From Blepharisma stoltei ATCC 30299 (lineage: Eukaryota > Protista > Ciliophora), in contig CBFDEM010000062.1 in assembly GCA_965603825.1 (NCBI GenBank), positions 823,333 to 887,332 on the forward strand: a stretch of 64,000 bases of DNA. Reading direction: 5' to 3'. Both the position numbers and the translations under genes were made by a program. Every line of letters starts with the position of its first letter. The stretch's first letter is position 1. Positions 37,207 through 47,994 of this stretch are shown one piece after another. The notes beneath the pieces are model-generated. The model saw only the letters and a list, made by a program, of their open reading frames with translations. It was not told the origin of the DNA and made no database searches.

Positions 37207-39837
37207 TTACCCACAATTAGTTATGTCTACTCTTGTTAACTTACTTGATGAGGACTTCTGGCACATGGCATTAAATGTATTTGCCAGCAACTCTAACTGC
37301 TCAGCAGACAGTTCACTCTTCATTCTTAGATAAAGAAATGGCAAATAATGGGCGTCACATCTTGCATACTCTAGCATCGGCTTTGGGATCGGCCTGATTC
37401 TCCAATCAGCGATTTGAAAAGTCTTATCAATTTTAATTCCCAAATAAATATTAATTAAAGACGCCAGTGACTGTGCCTCGATTTCCCCAGCAATTATTTT
37501 GTAAGCTCTTGCAGTGTCAAAAATATTCACTGCAAAAGCGGAAAAATCATTTTGCAGCCATGCTAGGTCAGAATCTGAGCCATGGAAAATTTTGAGTTTT
37601 TCTTGATCAAGCATTAAATTTCTTAAAAATTCTCCAATGTTTTTTCTATTGGTAAGCAAATCGACCACAAAGTCTTTTTCGCCTGAAGAAATCTGGACTA
37701 GGCAAATGCAACCTTTTTTAGCGTCAAAATTGTGGTACTCTAAATCAAAACCTATAACTTTAATGTCCTGGAAATAAGACTTCATGCTTTCCAGTAACTC
37801 TTGTGTGTCTACCCAAATGGTTTCAGTTTCTTTAATTTCTTTAAGGGTAGCGTTTATGCTATAGAAATTATTCTGCATTTCTTCCAGAGTCAAAGGATGC
37901 TTGGGAACTGGCTCTGAAGTTTCTGTAAATTCAATATTTTTGACATAGCTGAAAATCTCTTTTTGGGAAGCCTGCTTATAAAGGTCTCTTAAAAGTGCTG
38001 AAAAATAAGGGAAATTGTGAATTTCTGATATCATGATGGCGTTTAAGCCTTCTTTATCTTCTAAAGTTATATACTGGATAGGATCTCAAGCCATTTTTAC
38101 TAAATTCGCAGCGATTTGGCATTTCCCATATCTTGCAGCAATATGCAAAGCAGTTTGTCCTGTGCTTTCATCAGTTTTCTTTCACAATTCGTTGTCTTTT
38201 TCTATCATTTTTAAAGCCAAAGCTTCATTTCCTTTCGATATAGCTAAATGCAAAGCTCTTGCAGTCGGACTCAACTGGCTTAACAAATCATTTATTTCTA
38301 ACCTAAACTCAATCCCCATCTCCAAAATTTCATTCGGGATTTCCTTATCCCACTTTCCCAGTACCAGATCCGCAATTTTCTTACTCCTTCTAAGCCCAAG
38401 CCTCAACTCTTCCAAGTTTATATCCCTTTTCGAATTTTCCAAAACCCACAAGGTATTTTCATCATTTCCTTCTTCTAAACAATAAGAAATGAAATCATCA
38501 GGATTCCTTGACGAGTAACTAAACAATTTTTGTATTATAGGAAATTTGCCGTCTTTTAAGCCAATTTTTATAGTATTTTCGTCACATATAGCATTTCGTG
38601 ACAGTAAAAGATCAACAACTTTTTCTTTATTAAAATGAATAGAGTCTTCAAGGGAAGTCCAGCCATTTTTGCATTTGGAATTTATATCAACTCCATAGTC
38701 AAGCAAAATCTGGACACAATCCACATGTCCGCGGTAGCAAGCTTGATGAAGAGGTGGGTATCCATAGGAGTTTTGGTGATATACGTTCCCTCCTCTAGCT
38801 ATTAAAAGTTTTAAAGAATTCTCTGCCTTTGTAGAGGCAGCTATACATAAAGGGGTATTCCCAGAATCGTCCATAGCTTCTATATCAGCTCCATGGTCTA
38901 ATAAAAGTTCAGCAGCTTCAGGACAGTCATTTGAATTTTTTCCCATTTTTTTATGAAGTCTCCCTCCTGCGCAGCCCCATACTGCATTATGTAAAGGCGT
39001 CCTTAATTTACCATCAGGCGTATTCAGTTGTATCTCTGGGATTTTTAATAAATATTTTATAATATCGATCGCGCCATTCCATGCAGCTTTACTCAAAGCA
39101 GTCCTCCCCAGAATAGTTCTAGCATTAGCATCACATCCTTTTTCTATCAAAATATCCAAAATATCAAGCCTTTGTGCGCTTGCAGCCCAAAAAAATAGGG
39201 ACCTTTTTTGGTTTTCTATGTGAAATACATTAGCTCCCAGCGTAACCAAATACTTAAACATCTCAATATTTTTGCATTTTACTGCATAAAAAATTGGGGT
39301 TAGTCCTTCTTCGTCTAAAGTCTCAATGCTTGCCCCGTTTTCTATTAATTTGTTTAAAGCTTCGAAATTTCCGAGCTTGCAGGCTATGTGGATAGGTCTT
39401 GGTCCTTCACATATAGAATCTCTGGCATTTATATTGACAAGACCTAGGAGACTTTGAAATTTTTTCATGTCGTTGGATTTTAAGGCCTCAATGAGTCTGG
39501 AATCGATGATCTCAGCATGTTTTTTGTAAATTTCATAACTTTCGTCAGGAAAAATAGTAAAAATGTGATGGAACCAGCGGCAGAGATGCTGGGGCTTTAA
39601 TTTGCTGGTGAGGAGCTTGGCAAAGGATGGGATATTTTTGAGCTTGTAGGCGAGGTAGAAATCTTCTGAGGAGAGCTGAGGACCAGTGAGGAAGGTTTTT
39701 GAGAGGAGATATTCATTTATGTAGCCATAAGAAAGGTGAGGCTTCTCGTAATTAATAGAATCAATGAAGGAAACCCATTCAGAGCTTGGTGGACGAGAAT
39801 TGCAAAATTTTGAAAGCGCTTCTTGATACCAATCCAT
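37207..39837 (-). CDS. Ankyrin-repeat protein fused to a C-terminal RRP6/RNase D-like DEDDy 3'-5' exonuclease, ~876 aa
   Basis: ORFs 38182..39837 and 37207..38034 join in frame via two TGA codons (linker GQTALHIAARYG). About 10 ankyrin repeats precede ExoI GFDLEYH, ExoII KIFHGSDSDLAWLQNDF, ADWRIRP and ExoIII YARCDAHYL. Confidence 0.88.
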
Positions 39838-40293
39838 GTTAATTGGGAGATCTAATAAAAGCCTTTTTTTAATAAATAGGTGAATAATTAGTTATAAGAA
39901 AATAATAATATCTCAGCGGGTCTCAATTATATAAGGTAACTTAAAAAACAATAATTATTTGTCAATTATTTTTGGGGCAGATTCTCTTAATAACATTTTT
40001 ATATGAATTTCTGCATAATCTCAAAAAGCCAAAGGCTTATGGATTTAAAGTAATAGTAATACTTGAATTTTCAGAATTTAGCATATAATACTTCATATCT
40101 ATCACTAATTTTTCCGTGTATTCTATAAAGGCTTGAAATTTCATCAAAGTTTGGCAGCAAGTTTCAGCATAGCTTGGAGAAGTTGACCAATCATAATTTC
40201 TAAGTTCTAAGAACTAAACAAATATTAAAGTTTATAGCTAAAAAGATAAAAATTGTATAAGGCGAGCTTAGGATATAGTAAGTCTATTAATAT

Positions 40294-43200
40294 TTAGATT
40301 AAGTAGAAGAAACTTACGAATCCTAGTAATAACCAGGAAATTCCTAACTCCAAAGCTCCAGAGCTTCTATCAATGCAGGTATCAGTTGAATTGCTGAATC
40401 TCTTAGAAGTACCTATACAAGAGCAAGTGCCATTCCTATTATTAACCATATTATCAGCGTCATAACAATCCAAGCAGTTATTCTTTGCCTGGCAATTGCT
40501 GCAAGTTTCATCACATTTCTGACAAGTTTGTGTATCTTCATCAGCATACGTATGCAAAGGACAGGAGCATTGATGCGTCGTAGGATTAAACGTCTGCAGT
40601 TCATAAGAGCACACGCAATTTCCTTTCCCAGTATTCGTCATATTTGCCTCAAAGCACTGTGTACAAAAAGTGGCGCTTCCACAGACTTCACATCCAGACT
40701 GACACTGAGTACAAGTGTCTACATTTTCATAGAACCCAGAATTGCAAATACAATTAGGATCATTCTGCTTGAAGCCGGCATTTGGGTCATTACAAACACA
40801 AATTCCATTTTTAAGGGTTGAATGAGGGTCAGAGCAGGTCTGGCAGTTATTGGCAGCTGTACAAGTAACACAGCCAGCAGGGCATTGGTCACAGGTATTT
40901 CCATTTTGATAGTAGCCTACAGAGCATACACAGGTCTGGGTGGCTGAGTTATAAGTCCAAGCTGGAGTCCCATTACATAAGCAAGCTCCATTAATTAACG
41001 ACTGCTGGGCCGTGTCAAAGCATTGAGTGCATTCAACTGCTGAGTTGCAGGTCTTACAGCCTAAAGAGCAAGCTACACAAGTGCTTCCATTCTGGAAGTA
41101 TCCATTATTACATACGCAAAGGTTCTGGTTATCATTAAAAGTTGAATTAGGATCGTCACATGAACAACTCCCATCACTATCAATAGTCATATTAGGGTCC
41201 CAACAAGTCTGACAATTAGCTAAGCTTGTACATACCTTGCATCCTTCTGAGCATGAAGTACAGATTCCTGAGTTATTAGGGTCGCTGAAATACCCAGCGT
41301 TACAGACACACATATTAGTGCTAGGGCTAATATAAGCATGCTCATCATTACAAATGCATTGATTTAGCTGTGAATTATAAGCTGCTTTAGGATCATAACA
41401 TGCCTGACAAGATGCAGGGGAATTACAAGTTTTGCAACCATTAACACATGGAGAGCATACAGTGTTTGAAGAGAAAAAGTACCCTTCATTGCAGACACAA
41501 GCGTTATTTGATAAAGTAGACTCATCTGGACATGCGCAAGTAGGGGCTGATGACATATGGGTGGAGTCTATACATGTGGCACAGTTATTAGAGGACACAG
41601 TGCATGTCGCACATTGAGTACCACAAGCTGAGCATTGAGTGGAGGAGCTAAAATAATACCCAGTGTTGCAGACACAAGCAGCCTCAACAAGAGTTGATAA
41701 AGCGGGGCATGCACAGGCTGGGGCTGCTGACATATGAGTTGAGTCAGTACAAGTTAAGCAATTATTTAAAGATGTTACACAGGAATTACAGTTTGGAGCA
41801 CATGCAGAGCATACTGTATCAGAACTGTAAAAATAGCCAACATTACATACACAAGTTTGGCCTTGCAAAGCCCCATTTGTGGGACAAGAGCAAGTAGGGG
41901 CAGCTGACATGTGGGTAGGATCAATACAAGCTGTGCAGGTCGCTGAGTTAGTTTGACAAGTGGCGCACTCAGGGTCACAAGCAGAACAGACTGTATTGGT
42001 GCTGTAATAGTACCCTGCATTGCACTGACAAGCAGCTCCTACTAAAGCTCCATTAGTTGGACAAGAACAGTTAGGCGTTGCTGACATATGGGTGGGATCA
42101 GAGCATGTCACACAATTAGCTGCTGAATTTCTGCAAGTTGCGCATTGGCCACTACAAGCTGTGCAAGTACTTCCACTCAGCCAGTATCCATTAGCACAAG
42201 AAGTGCAAGATGTTGAAGACCCAGAACATGCGGTGCAAGTAGGATCGCAAGCTATGCAGTTATTGCCGCTGAGGTAGTATCCAGCAACGCAGGATTGACA
42301 AGTTTGGGCAGTGCCTGAACATTGTAAACAAGGAGTTTGGCAGGTATCGCACGTCCCACCGTTGTTGAAATAGCCGCTATTGCAGATGCAGACTTTTGAT
42401 TCGACTACAAAAGATGCGTTAGGGTCTTTGCATGTGCAGGTGTTGGTGGTTGGGTTAAGATTCATGTTATTTATGTCATTGCAGACTGTGCAGGTAGTTG
42501 CAGATGTAGAGCATTGGGCGCATGGTGGGTTACAAGCAGAACACGTGTTTTGATTTAGCCAAAATCCATTAACACAAGCCGTACAAGTAGATATAGATGT
42601 CGAGCATTGTGTGCAAGGCAATTCGCATGCTGTGCACTCTCCAGCTATACTTGTAAATCCTGAATTACATTGGCAAGTTGCAGTTCCAGTATTAAAAGAC
42701 GCATTTGGATCAGTGCATGTGCAAGTTCCATCAACATTTAAAGTCATGTGTTCTGAATCATCGCAAGACTGGCATGTAGTTGGAGAATCACTGCACGTGG
42801 CGCAAGGCGCTGTACAGGTTGTGCAAACGTTTCCGTGGAGGTAATAACCATTGATGCAATTGGTACATGTATTAGATGATGTAGAGCATTCAGAGCATGG
42901 CGAATTACATGCGGAGCAAACTGTAGGTGTGCTATAATAAAATCCAGGGCTGCATACACAACTTCCACCAGTCAAAGCGCTATTTTCAGGACAGCTGCAA
43001 GCTGGAGCAGCTGTTGTATGAGTTGTGTCAGTACAGGTCAGGCAATTAGTATTTGAATTGGCACATGTTGCGCATTGAGAAGCACAGGCAGTACAAGTAG
43101 TGGCTGATGAAAAGAAATATCCGGTGTTGCAAGTACAAGTTGTTTCTGTTAGTGAACCATTAGCTGGGCATGCGCATGCAGGAGCTGCTGACATGTGAAT

Positions 43201-46200
43201 GGTATCAGAACATGTTAAGCAGTTTCCTGCGTTATTTTGACATGTAGCACAGTTTGTATTACAAGCAGAACAGACAGTGTTTGTGCTAAAGTAATATCCG
43301 GCGTTGCAAGTGCAAGTTGCTCCTGAGAGTGCTCCATTAGTTGGGCAGGAGCATTGAGGAGCTGCTGACATATGAGTTGGATCGACGCAAGTCACACAAG
43401 TCCCAGCGGCTCCACTACATGTAGCGCAGTTGGTATTGCAAGCAGAACAAACAGTATTTGCGCTAAAGTAATATCCGGCGTTGCAAGTACATGTTGCTCC
43501 TGAGAGTGCTCCATTAGTTGGGCATGCGCATTGCGGAGCAACTGTCATATGGGTAGCATCAGAGCATGTTAAGCAATTCCCTGCGCTGGTTTCGCATGCA
43601 GCGCAGTTAGTATTGCAAGTAGAACAGACAGTATTCGTGCTAAAGTAATATCCGGCGTTGCAAGTACAAGTAGTATCTGAGAGAGCTCCGTTGGTTGGAC
43701 ATTGGCATTGTGGAGCAGCTGTCATATGAGTGGTATCAGAACATGTTAAACAGTTTCCTGCGTTATTCTGGCAAGTCGCACAGTTTGTATTACAAGCAGA
43801 GCAGACAGTGTTCGCACTAAAATAATATCCTGCCTTGCAAGTACAAGTTGTACCTGAGAGAGCTCCATTAGTTGGGCAGGAACATTCAGGAACAGCAGTC
43901 ATATGGGTAGGATCACTACATTGAGTACATGTATTTATTGCCCCTGAACAAGCTGTACACTGAGGAGCGCATGCTGAGCAAACAGTATTCGCACTAAAAT
44001 AGAAGCCAGTATTGCAAACACAATTTGATCCGGTTTGTGCTGAATTTGCTGGGCAGGCACATGCTGGAGCTGCTGTCATATGAGTCGAATCTGCACAACT
44101 TACGCAACTATCAGCCGCACCACTGCAAGTCGCACAATTGGTATTACAGGCAGCACAAGTGCCAGGGGTTCCAAAGTAGCCTGAATTGCATTGGCAAGTT
44201 GTCTGCTGAGTATTATACGAAGCATGCTGATCTGTGCAGGCACAAACACCACCAGTAAGAGTAGTATCTTCAGGATCGTTACAGGACAAACAATTTCCTG
44301 CTGAATTTTCACAGGTTGCACATGGCGCTTGACATGGCAAACAATTACCGCCACTTTCATAGTAGCCAGCATCGCATGTAGTGCAGTCAGTAGCTGAATT
44401 GGTGCACGAAAGACATGGTGGTTCACATGCTTGGCAAACTCCAGCGTTGTTCCAATATCCTGTGTTGCAAACACAAGTATTAGTCCCAGTATTAAAAGTG
44501 GCATGGGCGTCTCTACATATGCAAGTTCCTGCGTTGTTTACCATGTTATCTGCATCATAGCAAGTTGTACAGAATGCTGGAGTTCCAGTGCACTCAGCGC
44601 ATGGAGGTGTGCATGCTGAGCAAACAGTATTCGCACTAAAGTAAAAACCGCTGTTGCAAATGCAAGTTGTTCCTGAGAGAGCTCCATTAGCTGGACATGC
44701 ACATGCAGGAGCAGCTGTCATATGAGTTGGATCAACACAGGTGGCACAATTTGCTGCTGTACCAGTACAGGAATCGCAGCTGGGGTTGCAAGCGGTGCAA
44801 GCAGTATTTGAGCTAAAGAAATAGCCAGTGTTACAAACACAATTTTGTCCTGAGAGAGATCCATTAGTAGGGCAGGCACATGTGGGAGTAGCTGACATAT
44901 GAGTTGGATCGACGCAAGTAAGGCAATTGTTAGCAGCTCCACTGCATGTGGCACAGTTGGTATTGCAAGCAGAACAGACAGTGTCCGCGCTAAAGTAAAA
45001 TCCAGTGTTGCAAGTACAAGTTGTGCCTGAGAGAGCTCCGTTAGCTGGGCATTGGCATTGTGGAGCAGCTGTCATGTGAATGGTATCAGAGCATGTTAAA
45101 CAGTTTCCTGCGCTTGTTTGGCATGTAGCGCAGTTTGCATTACAAGCAGAACAGACAGTATCCGCGCTAAAGTAAAATCCAGTGTTACAAGTACAAGTAG
45201 TACCTGAGAGAGCTCCGTTGGTTGGACATTGGCATTGTGGAGCAGCTGTCATATGAGTGGTATCAGAACATGTTAAACAGTTTCCTGCCGAGTTTTCGCA
45301 CGTCGCGCAGGCTGGATTGCAAGCAGAACAGACAGTATCCGCGCTAAAGTAAAATCCAGTGTTGCAAGTACAAGTAGTACCTGAGAGAGCTCCGTTGGTT
45401 GGACATTGGCATTGTGGAGCAGCTGTCATATGAGTGGTATCAGAACATGTTAAACAGTTTCCTGCGCTTGTTTGGCATGTAGCACAGTTTGTACTACAAG
45501 CAGAACAGACAGTGTCTGCGCTAAAGTAAAATCCAGTGTTGCAAGTACAAGTAGTACCTGAGAGAGCTCCGTTGGTTGGACATTGGCATTGTGGAGCAGC
45601 TGTCATATGAGTGGTATCAGAACATGTTAAACAGTTTCCTGCGCTTGTTTGGCATGTAGCACAGTTTGTACTACAAGCAGAACAGACAGTGTCTGCGCTA
45701 AAGTAAAATCCAGTGTTGCAAGTACAAGTAGTACCTGAGAGAGCTCCGTTGGTTGGACATTGGCATTGTGGAGCAGCTGTCATATGAGTGGTATCAGAAC
45801 ATGTTAAACAGTTTCCTGCGCTTGTTTGGCATGTAGCACAGTTTGTACTACAAGCAGAACAGACAGTGTCTGCGCTAAAGTAAAATCCAGTATTACAAGT
45901 ACAAGTTGTTCCTGTAAGTGATCCATTAGTTGGGCATGCGCATTGTGGAGCAGCTGTCATGTGGGTGGTATCAGAGCATGTTAAACAGTTTCCTGCGCTT
46001 GTTTGGCATGTAGCGCAGTTTGTACTACAAGCAGAACAGACAGTATCCGCGCTAAAGTAAAATCCAATGTTGCAAGTACAAGTTGTACCTGAAAGAGCTC
46101 CGTTAGCTGGGCATTGGCATTGTGGAGCAGCTGTCATGTGAGTGGTATCAGAGCATGCTAAACAGTTTCCTGCGCTTGTTTGGCATGTAGCGCAGTTTGC

Positions 46201-47994
46201 ATTACAAGCAGAACAGACAGTATCCGCGCTAAAGTAAAATCCAGTGTTGCAAGCACAAGTTGTACCTGAAAGAGCTCCGTTAGCTGGGCATTGGCATTGT
46301 GGAGCAGCTGTCATGTGAGTGGTATCAGAGCATGCTAAACAGTTTCCTGCGCTTGTTTGGCATGTAGCGCAGTTTACATTACAAGCAGAACAGACAGTAT
46401 CCGCGCTAAAGTAAAATCCAGTGTTGCAAGCACAAGTTGTGCCTGAGAGAGCTCCGTTAGCTGGGCATTGGCATTGTGGAGCAGCTGTCATGTGAGTGGT
46501 ATCAGAGCATGTTAAACAGTTTCCTGCGCTTGTTTGGCATGTAGCGCAGTTTGTACTACAAGCAGAACAGACAGTATCCGCGCTAAAGTAAAATCCAATG
46601 TTGCAAGTACAAGTTGTACCTGAAAGAGCTCCGTTAGCTGGGCATTGGCATTGTGGAGCAGCTGTCATGTGAGTGGTATCAGAACATGTTAAACAGTTTC
46701 CTGCCGAGTTTTCGCACGTCGCGCAGTTTGCATTACAAGCAGAACAGACAGTATCCGCGCTAAAGTAAAATCCAATGTTGCAAGTACAAGTTGTGCCTGA
46801 GAGAGCTCCGTTAGCTGGGCATTGGCATTGTGGAGCAGCTGTCATGTGAGTGGTATCAGAGCATGCTAAACAGTTTCCTGCGCTTGTTTGGCATGTAGCG
46901 CAGTTTGCATTACAAGCAGAACAGACAGTATCCGCGCTAAAGTAAAATCCAGTGTTACAAGCACAAGTAGTACCTGAGAGAGCTCCGTTGGTTGGGCATG
47001 CACATGCAGGAGCAGCTGTCATATGAGTGGTATCAGAACATGTTAAACAGTTTCCTGCCGAGTTTTCGCACGTCGCGCAGGCTGGATTGCAAGCAGAACA
47101 GACAGTATCCGCGCTAAAGTAAAATCCAGTGTTACAAGTACAAGTAGTACCTGAGAGAGCTCCGTTGGTTGGGCATGCACATGCAGGAGCAGCTGTCATG
47201 TGAGTGGTATCAGAACATGTTAAACAGTTTCCTGCCGAGTTTTCGCACGTCGCGCAGACTGGATTGCAAGCAGAGCAGGTTCCTTCCCCATTTAGAAAAT
47301 AGGTATCAATGCACTTTATACAATTTTCATTATTAGTATCGCATTCTGCACAGTTGTTTTGATTAGCTTCGCAAGCTCTAAGAATTGGAACATTTTGATC
47401 CAAGAAATTCTGTATTTCTTCCTGCATTGCTTTCTTTTCTTCTTCTCTATCCTCAAAAAGCGCATTTGAAATTGCAATACTTAATTCCTTCACTTGTGAA
47501 CTTTCATCAAGAATCTTAAACTCTTTCTCATTGATTCTCAACACAGCAGACAAAAGGATTTTATTATCACTCAGCTCGCATCTCTTTGAGGTAATAACTC
47601 CTTTATTTTTATTGCTGACAGCAATAATCGCAATATCCGCTCTAAGATTTTGACTTTTTAAGGCTTTGCTGGACTCGATATCTGTGCATCGATTATTCTC
47701 TCCAAGTCTGAGCAGTTCTGTTGAAGACCGTGTGAGTACCAAATCAGAAATAATTTTTGCTGAAGCATTCAAAACCGCTTGCAGGTTTCTGATGAGTTCC
47801 TCATCGGCAAAGGATTTTTCAATAACTTCAGTATGGATCTCTAAAGGCAGAAGGTCTTGTTGGTGAAACTCGGCAAGCCTTTTCGGAGTAAATTGAAGGG
47901 AATCGATGGGGTCTTTAGCTTTAAACTGGGAAGAAGAAGCCACAAGATGAAGAAATGTGAACATGATAACCCATAGGACAGTTCCTTTCAACAT
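40294..47994 (-). CDS. Giant Cys-rich (furin-like/EGF-like repeat) cell-surface protein, ~2566 aa, with signal peptide and C-terminal GPI/TM-type tail
   Basis: Likely start is ATG 47994 (MLKGTVLWVIMFTFLHLVASS). Dozens of CxxCxxxCxxC...CxC..G(F/Y) repeats follow, and the protein ends in hydrophobic SSGALELGISWLLLGFVSFFYLI. Confidence 0.88.
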   Translation of the reverse strand: MLKGTVLWVIMFTFLHLVASSSQFKAKDPIDSLQFTPKRLAEFHQQDLLPLEIHTEVIEKSFADEELIRNLQAVLNASAKIISDLVLTRSSTELLRLGENNRCTDIESSKALKSQNLRADIAIIAVSNKNKGVITSKRCELSDNKILLSAVLRINEKEFKILDESSQVKELSIAISNALFEDREEEKKAMQEEIQNFLDQNVPILRACEANQNNCAECDTNNENCIKCIDTYFLNGEGTCSACNPVCATCENSAGNCLTCSDTTHMTAAPACACPTNGALSGTTCTCNTGFYFSADTVCSACNPACATCENSAGNCLTCSDTTHMTAAPACACPTNGALSGTTCACNTGFYFSADTVCSACNANCATCQTSAGNCLACSDTTHMTAAPQCQCPANGALSGTTCTCNIGFYFSADTVCSACNANCATCENSAGNCLTCSDTTHMTAAPQCQCPANGALSGTTCTCNIGFYFSADTVCSACSTNCATCQTSAGNCLTCSDTTHMTAAPQCQCPANGALSGTTCACNTGFYFSADTVCSACNVNCATCQTSAGNCLACSDTTHMTAAPQCQCPANGALSGTTCACNTGFYFSADTVCSACNANCATCQTSAGNCLACSDTTHMTAAPQCQCPANGALSGTTCTCNIGFYFSADTVCSACSTNCATCQTSAGNCLTCSDTTHMTAAPQCACPTNGSLTGTTCTCNTGFYFSADTVCSACSTNCATCQTSAGNCLTCSDTTHMTAAPQCQCPTNGALSGTTCTCNTGFYFSADTVCSACSTNCATCQTSAGNCLTCSDTTHMTAAPQCQCPTNGALSGTTCTCNTGFYFSADTVCSACSTNCATCQTSAGNCLTCSDTTHMTAAPQCQCPTNGALSGTTCTCNTGFYFSADTVCSACNPACATCENSAGNCLTCSDTTHMTAAPQCQCPTNGALSGTTCTCNTGFYFSADTVCSACNANCATCQTSAGNCLTCSDTIHMTAAPQCQCPANGALSGTTCTCNTGFYFSADTVCSACNTNCATCSGAANNCLTCVDPTHMSATPTCACPTNGSLSGQNCVCNTGYFFSSNTACTACNPSCDSCTGTAANCATCVDPTHMTAAPACACPANGALSGTTCICNSGFYFSANTVCSACTPPCAECTGTPAFCTTCYDADNMVNNAGTCICRDAHATFNTGTNTCVCNTGYWNNAGVCQACEPPCLSCTNSATDCTTCDAGYYESGGNCLPCQAPCATCENSAGNCLSCNDPEDTTLTGGVCACTDQHASYNTQQTTCQCNSGYFGTPGTCAACNTNCATCSGAADSCVSCADSTHMTAAPACACPANSAQTGSNCVCNTGFYFSANTVCSACAPQCTACSGAINTCTQCSDPTHMTAVPECSCPTNGALSGTTCTCKAGYYFSANTVCSACNTNCATCQNNAGNCLTCSDTTHMTAAPQCQCPTNGALSDTTCTCNAGYYFSTNTVCSTCNTNCAACETSAGNCLTCSDATHMTVAPQCACPTNGALSGATCTCNAGYYFSANTVCSACNTNCATCSGAAGTCVTCVDPTHMSAAPQCSCPTNGALSGATCTCNAGYYFSTNTVCSACNTNCATCQNNAGNCLTCSDTIHMSAAPACACPANGSLTETTCTCNTGYFFSSATTCTACASQCATCANSNTNCLTCTDTTHTTAAPACSCPENSALTGGSCVCSPGFYYSTPTVCSACNSPCSECSTSSNTCTNCINGYYLHGNVCTTCTAPCATCSDSPTTCQSCDDSEHMTLNVDGTCTCTDPNASFNTGTATCQCNSGFTSIAGECTACELPCTQCSTSISTCTACVNGFWLNQNTCSACNPPCAQCSTSATTCTVCNDINNMNLNPTTNTCTCKDPNASFVVESKVCICNSGYFNNGGTCDTCQTPCLQCSGTAQTCQSCVAGYYLSGNNCIACDPTCTACSGSSTSCTSCANGYWLSGSTCTACSGQCATCRNSAANCVTCSDPTHMSATPNCSCPTNGALVGAACQCNAGYYYSTNTVCSACDPECATCQTNSATCTACIDPTHMSAAPTCSCPTNGALQGQTCVCNVGYFYSSDTVCSACAPNCNSCVTSLNNCLTCTDSTHMSAAPACACPALSTLVEAACVCNTGYYFSSSTQCSACGTQCATCTVSSNNCATCIDSTHMSSAPTCACPDESTLSNNACVCNEGYFFSSNTVCSPCVNGCKTCNSPASCQACYDPKAAYNSQLNQCICNDEHAYISPSTNMCVCNAGYFSDPNNSGICTSCSEGCKVCTSLANCQTCWDPNMTIDSDGSCSCDDPNSTFNDNQNLCVCNNGYFQNGSTCVACSLGCKTCNSAVECTQCFDTAQQSLINGACLCNGTPAWTYNSATQTCVCSVGYYQNGNTCDQCPAGCVTCTAANNCQTCSDPHSTLKNGICVCNDPNAGFKQNDPNCICNSGFYENVDTCTQCQSGCEVCGSATFCTQCFEANMTNTGKGNCVCSYELQTFNPTTHQCSCPLHTYADEDTQTCQKCDETCSNCQAKNNCLDCYDADNMVNNRNGTCSCIGTSKRFSNSTDTCIDRSSGALELGISWLLLGFVSFFYLI
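44965..47275 (-). repeat. Coding tandem array of ~13 near-identical 177-bp (59-aa) units
   Basis: aaagtaaaatcc recurs every 177 nt from ~44990 to ~47116. The unit is CSACNANCATCQTSAGNCLTCSDTTHMTAAPQCQCPTNGALSGTTCTCNTGFYFSADTV. Confidence 0.95.

Noticed and set aside
37196-37210. Possible 15-nt intron GTAAGATAAGCAAAG over the stop codon of the Ank-exonuclease gene
   Set aside because: It lacks the A at position 10 and the YAG end seen in the other introns. It would add only a few residues, not an HRDC domain.
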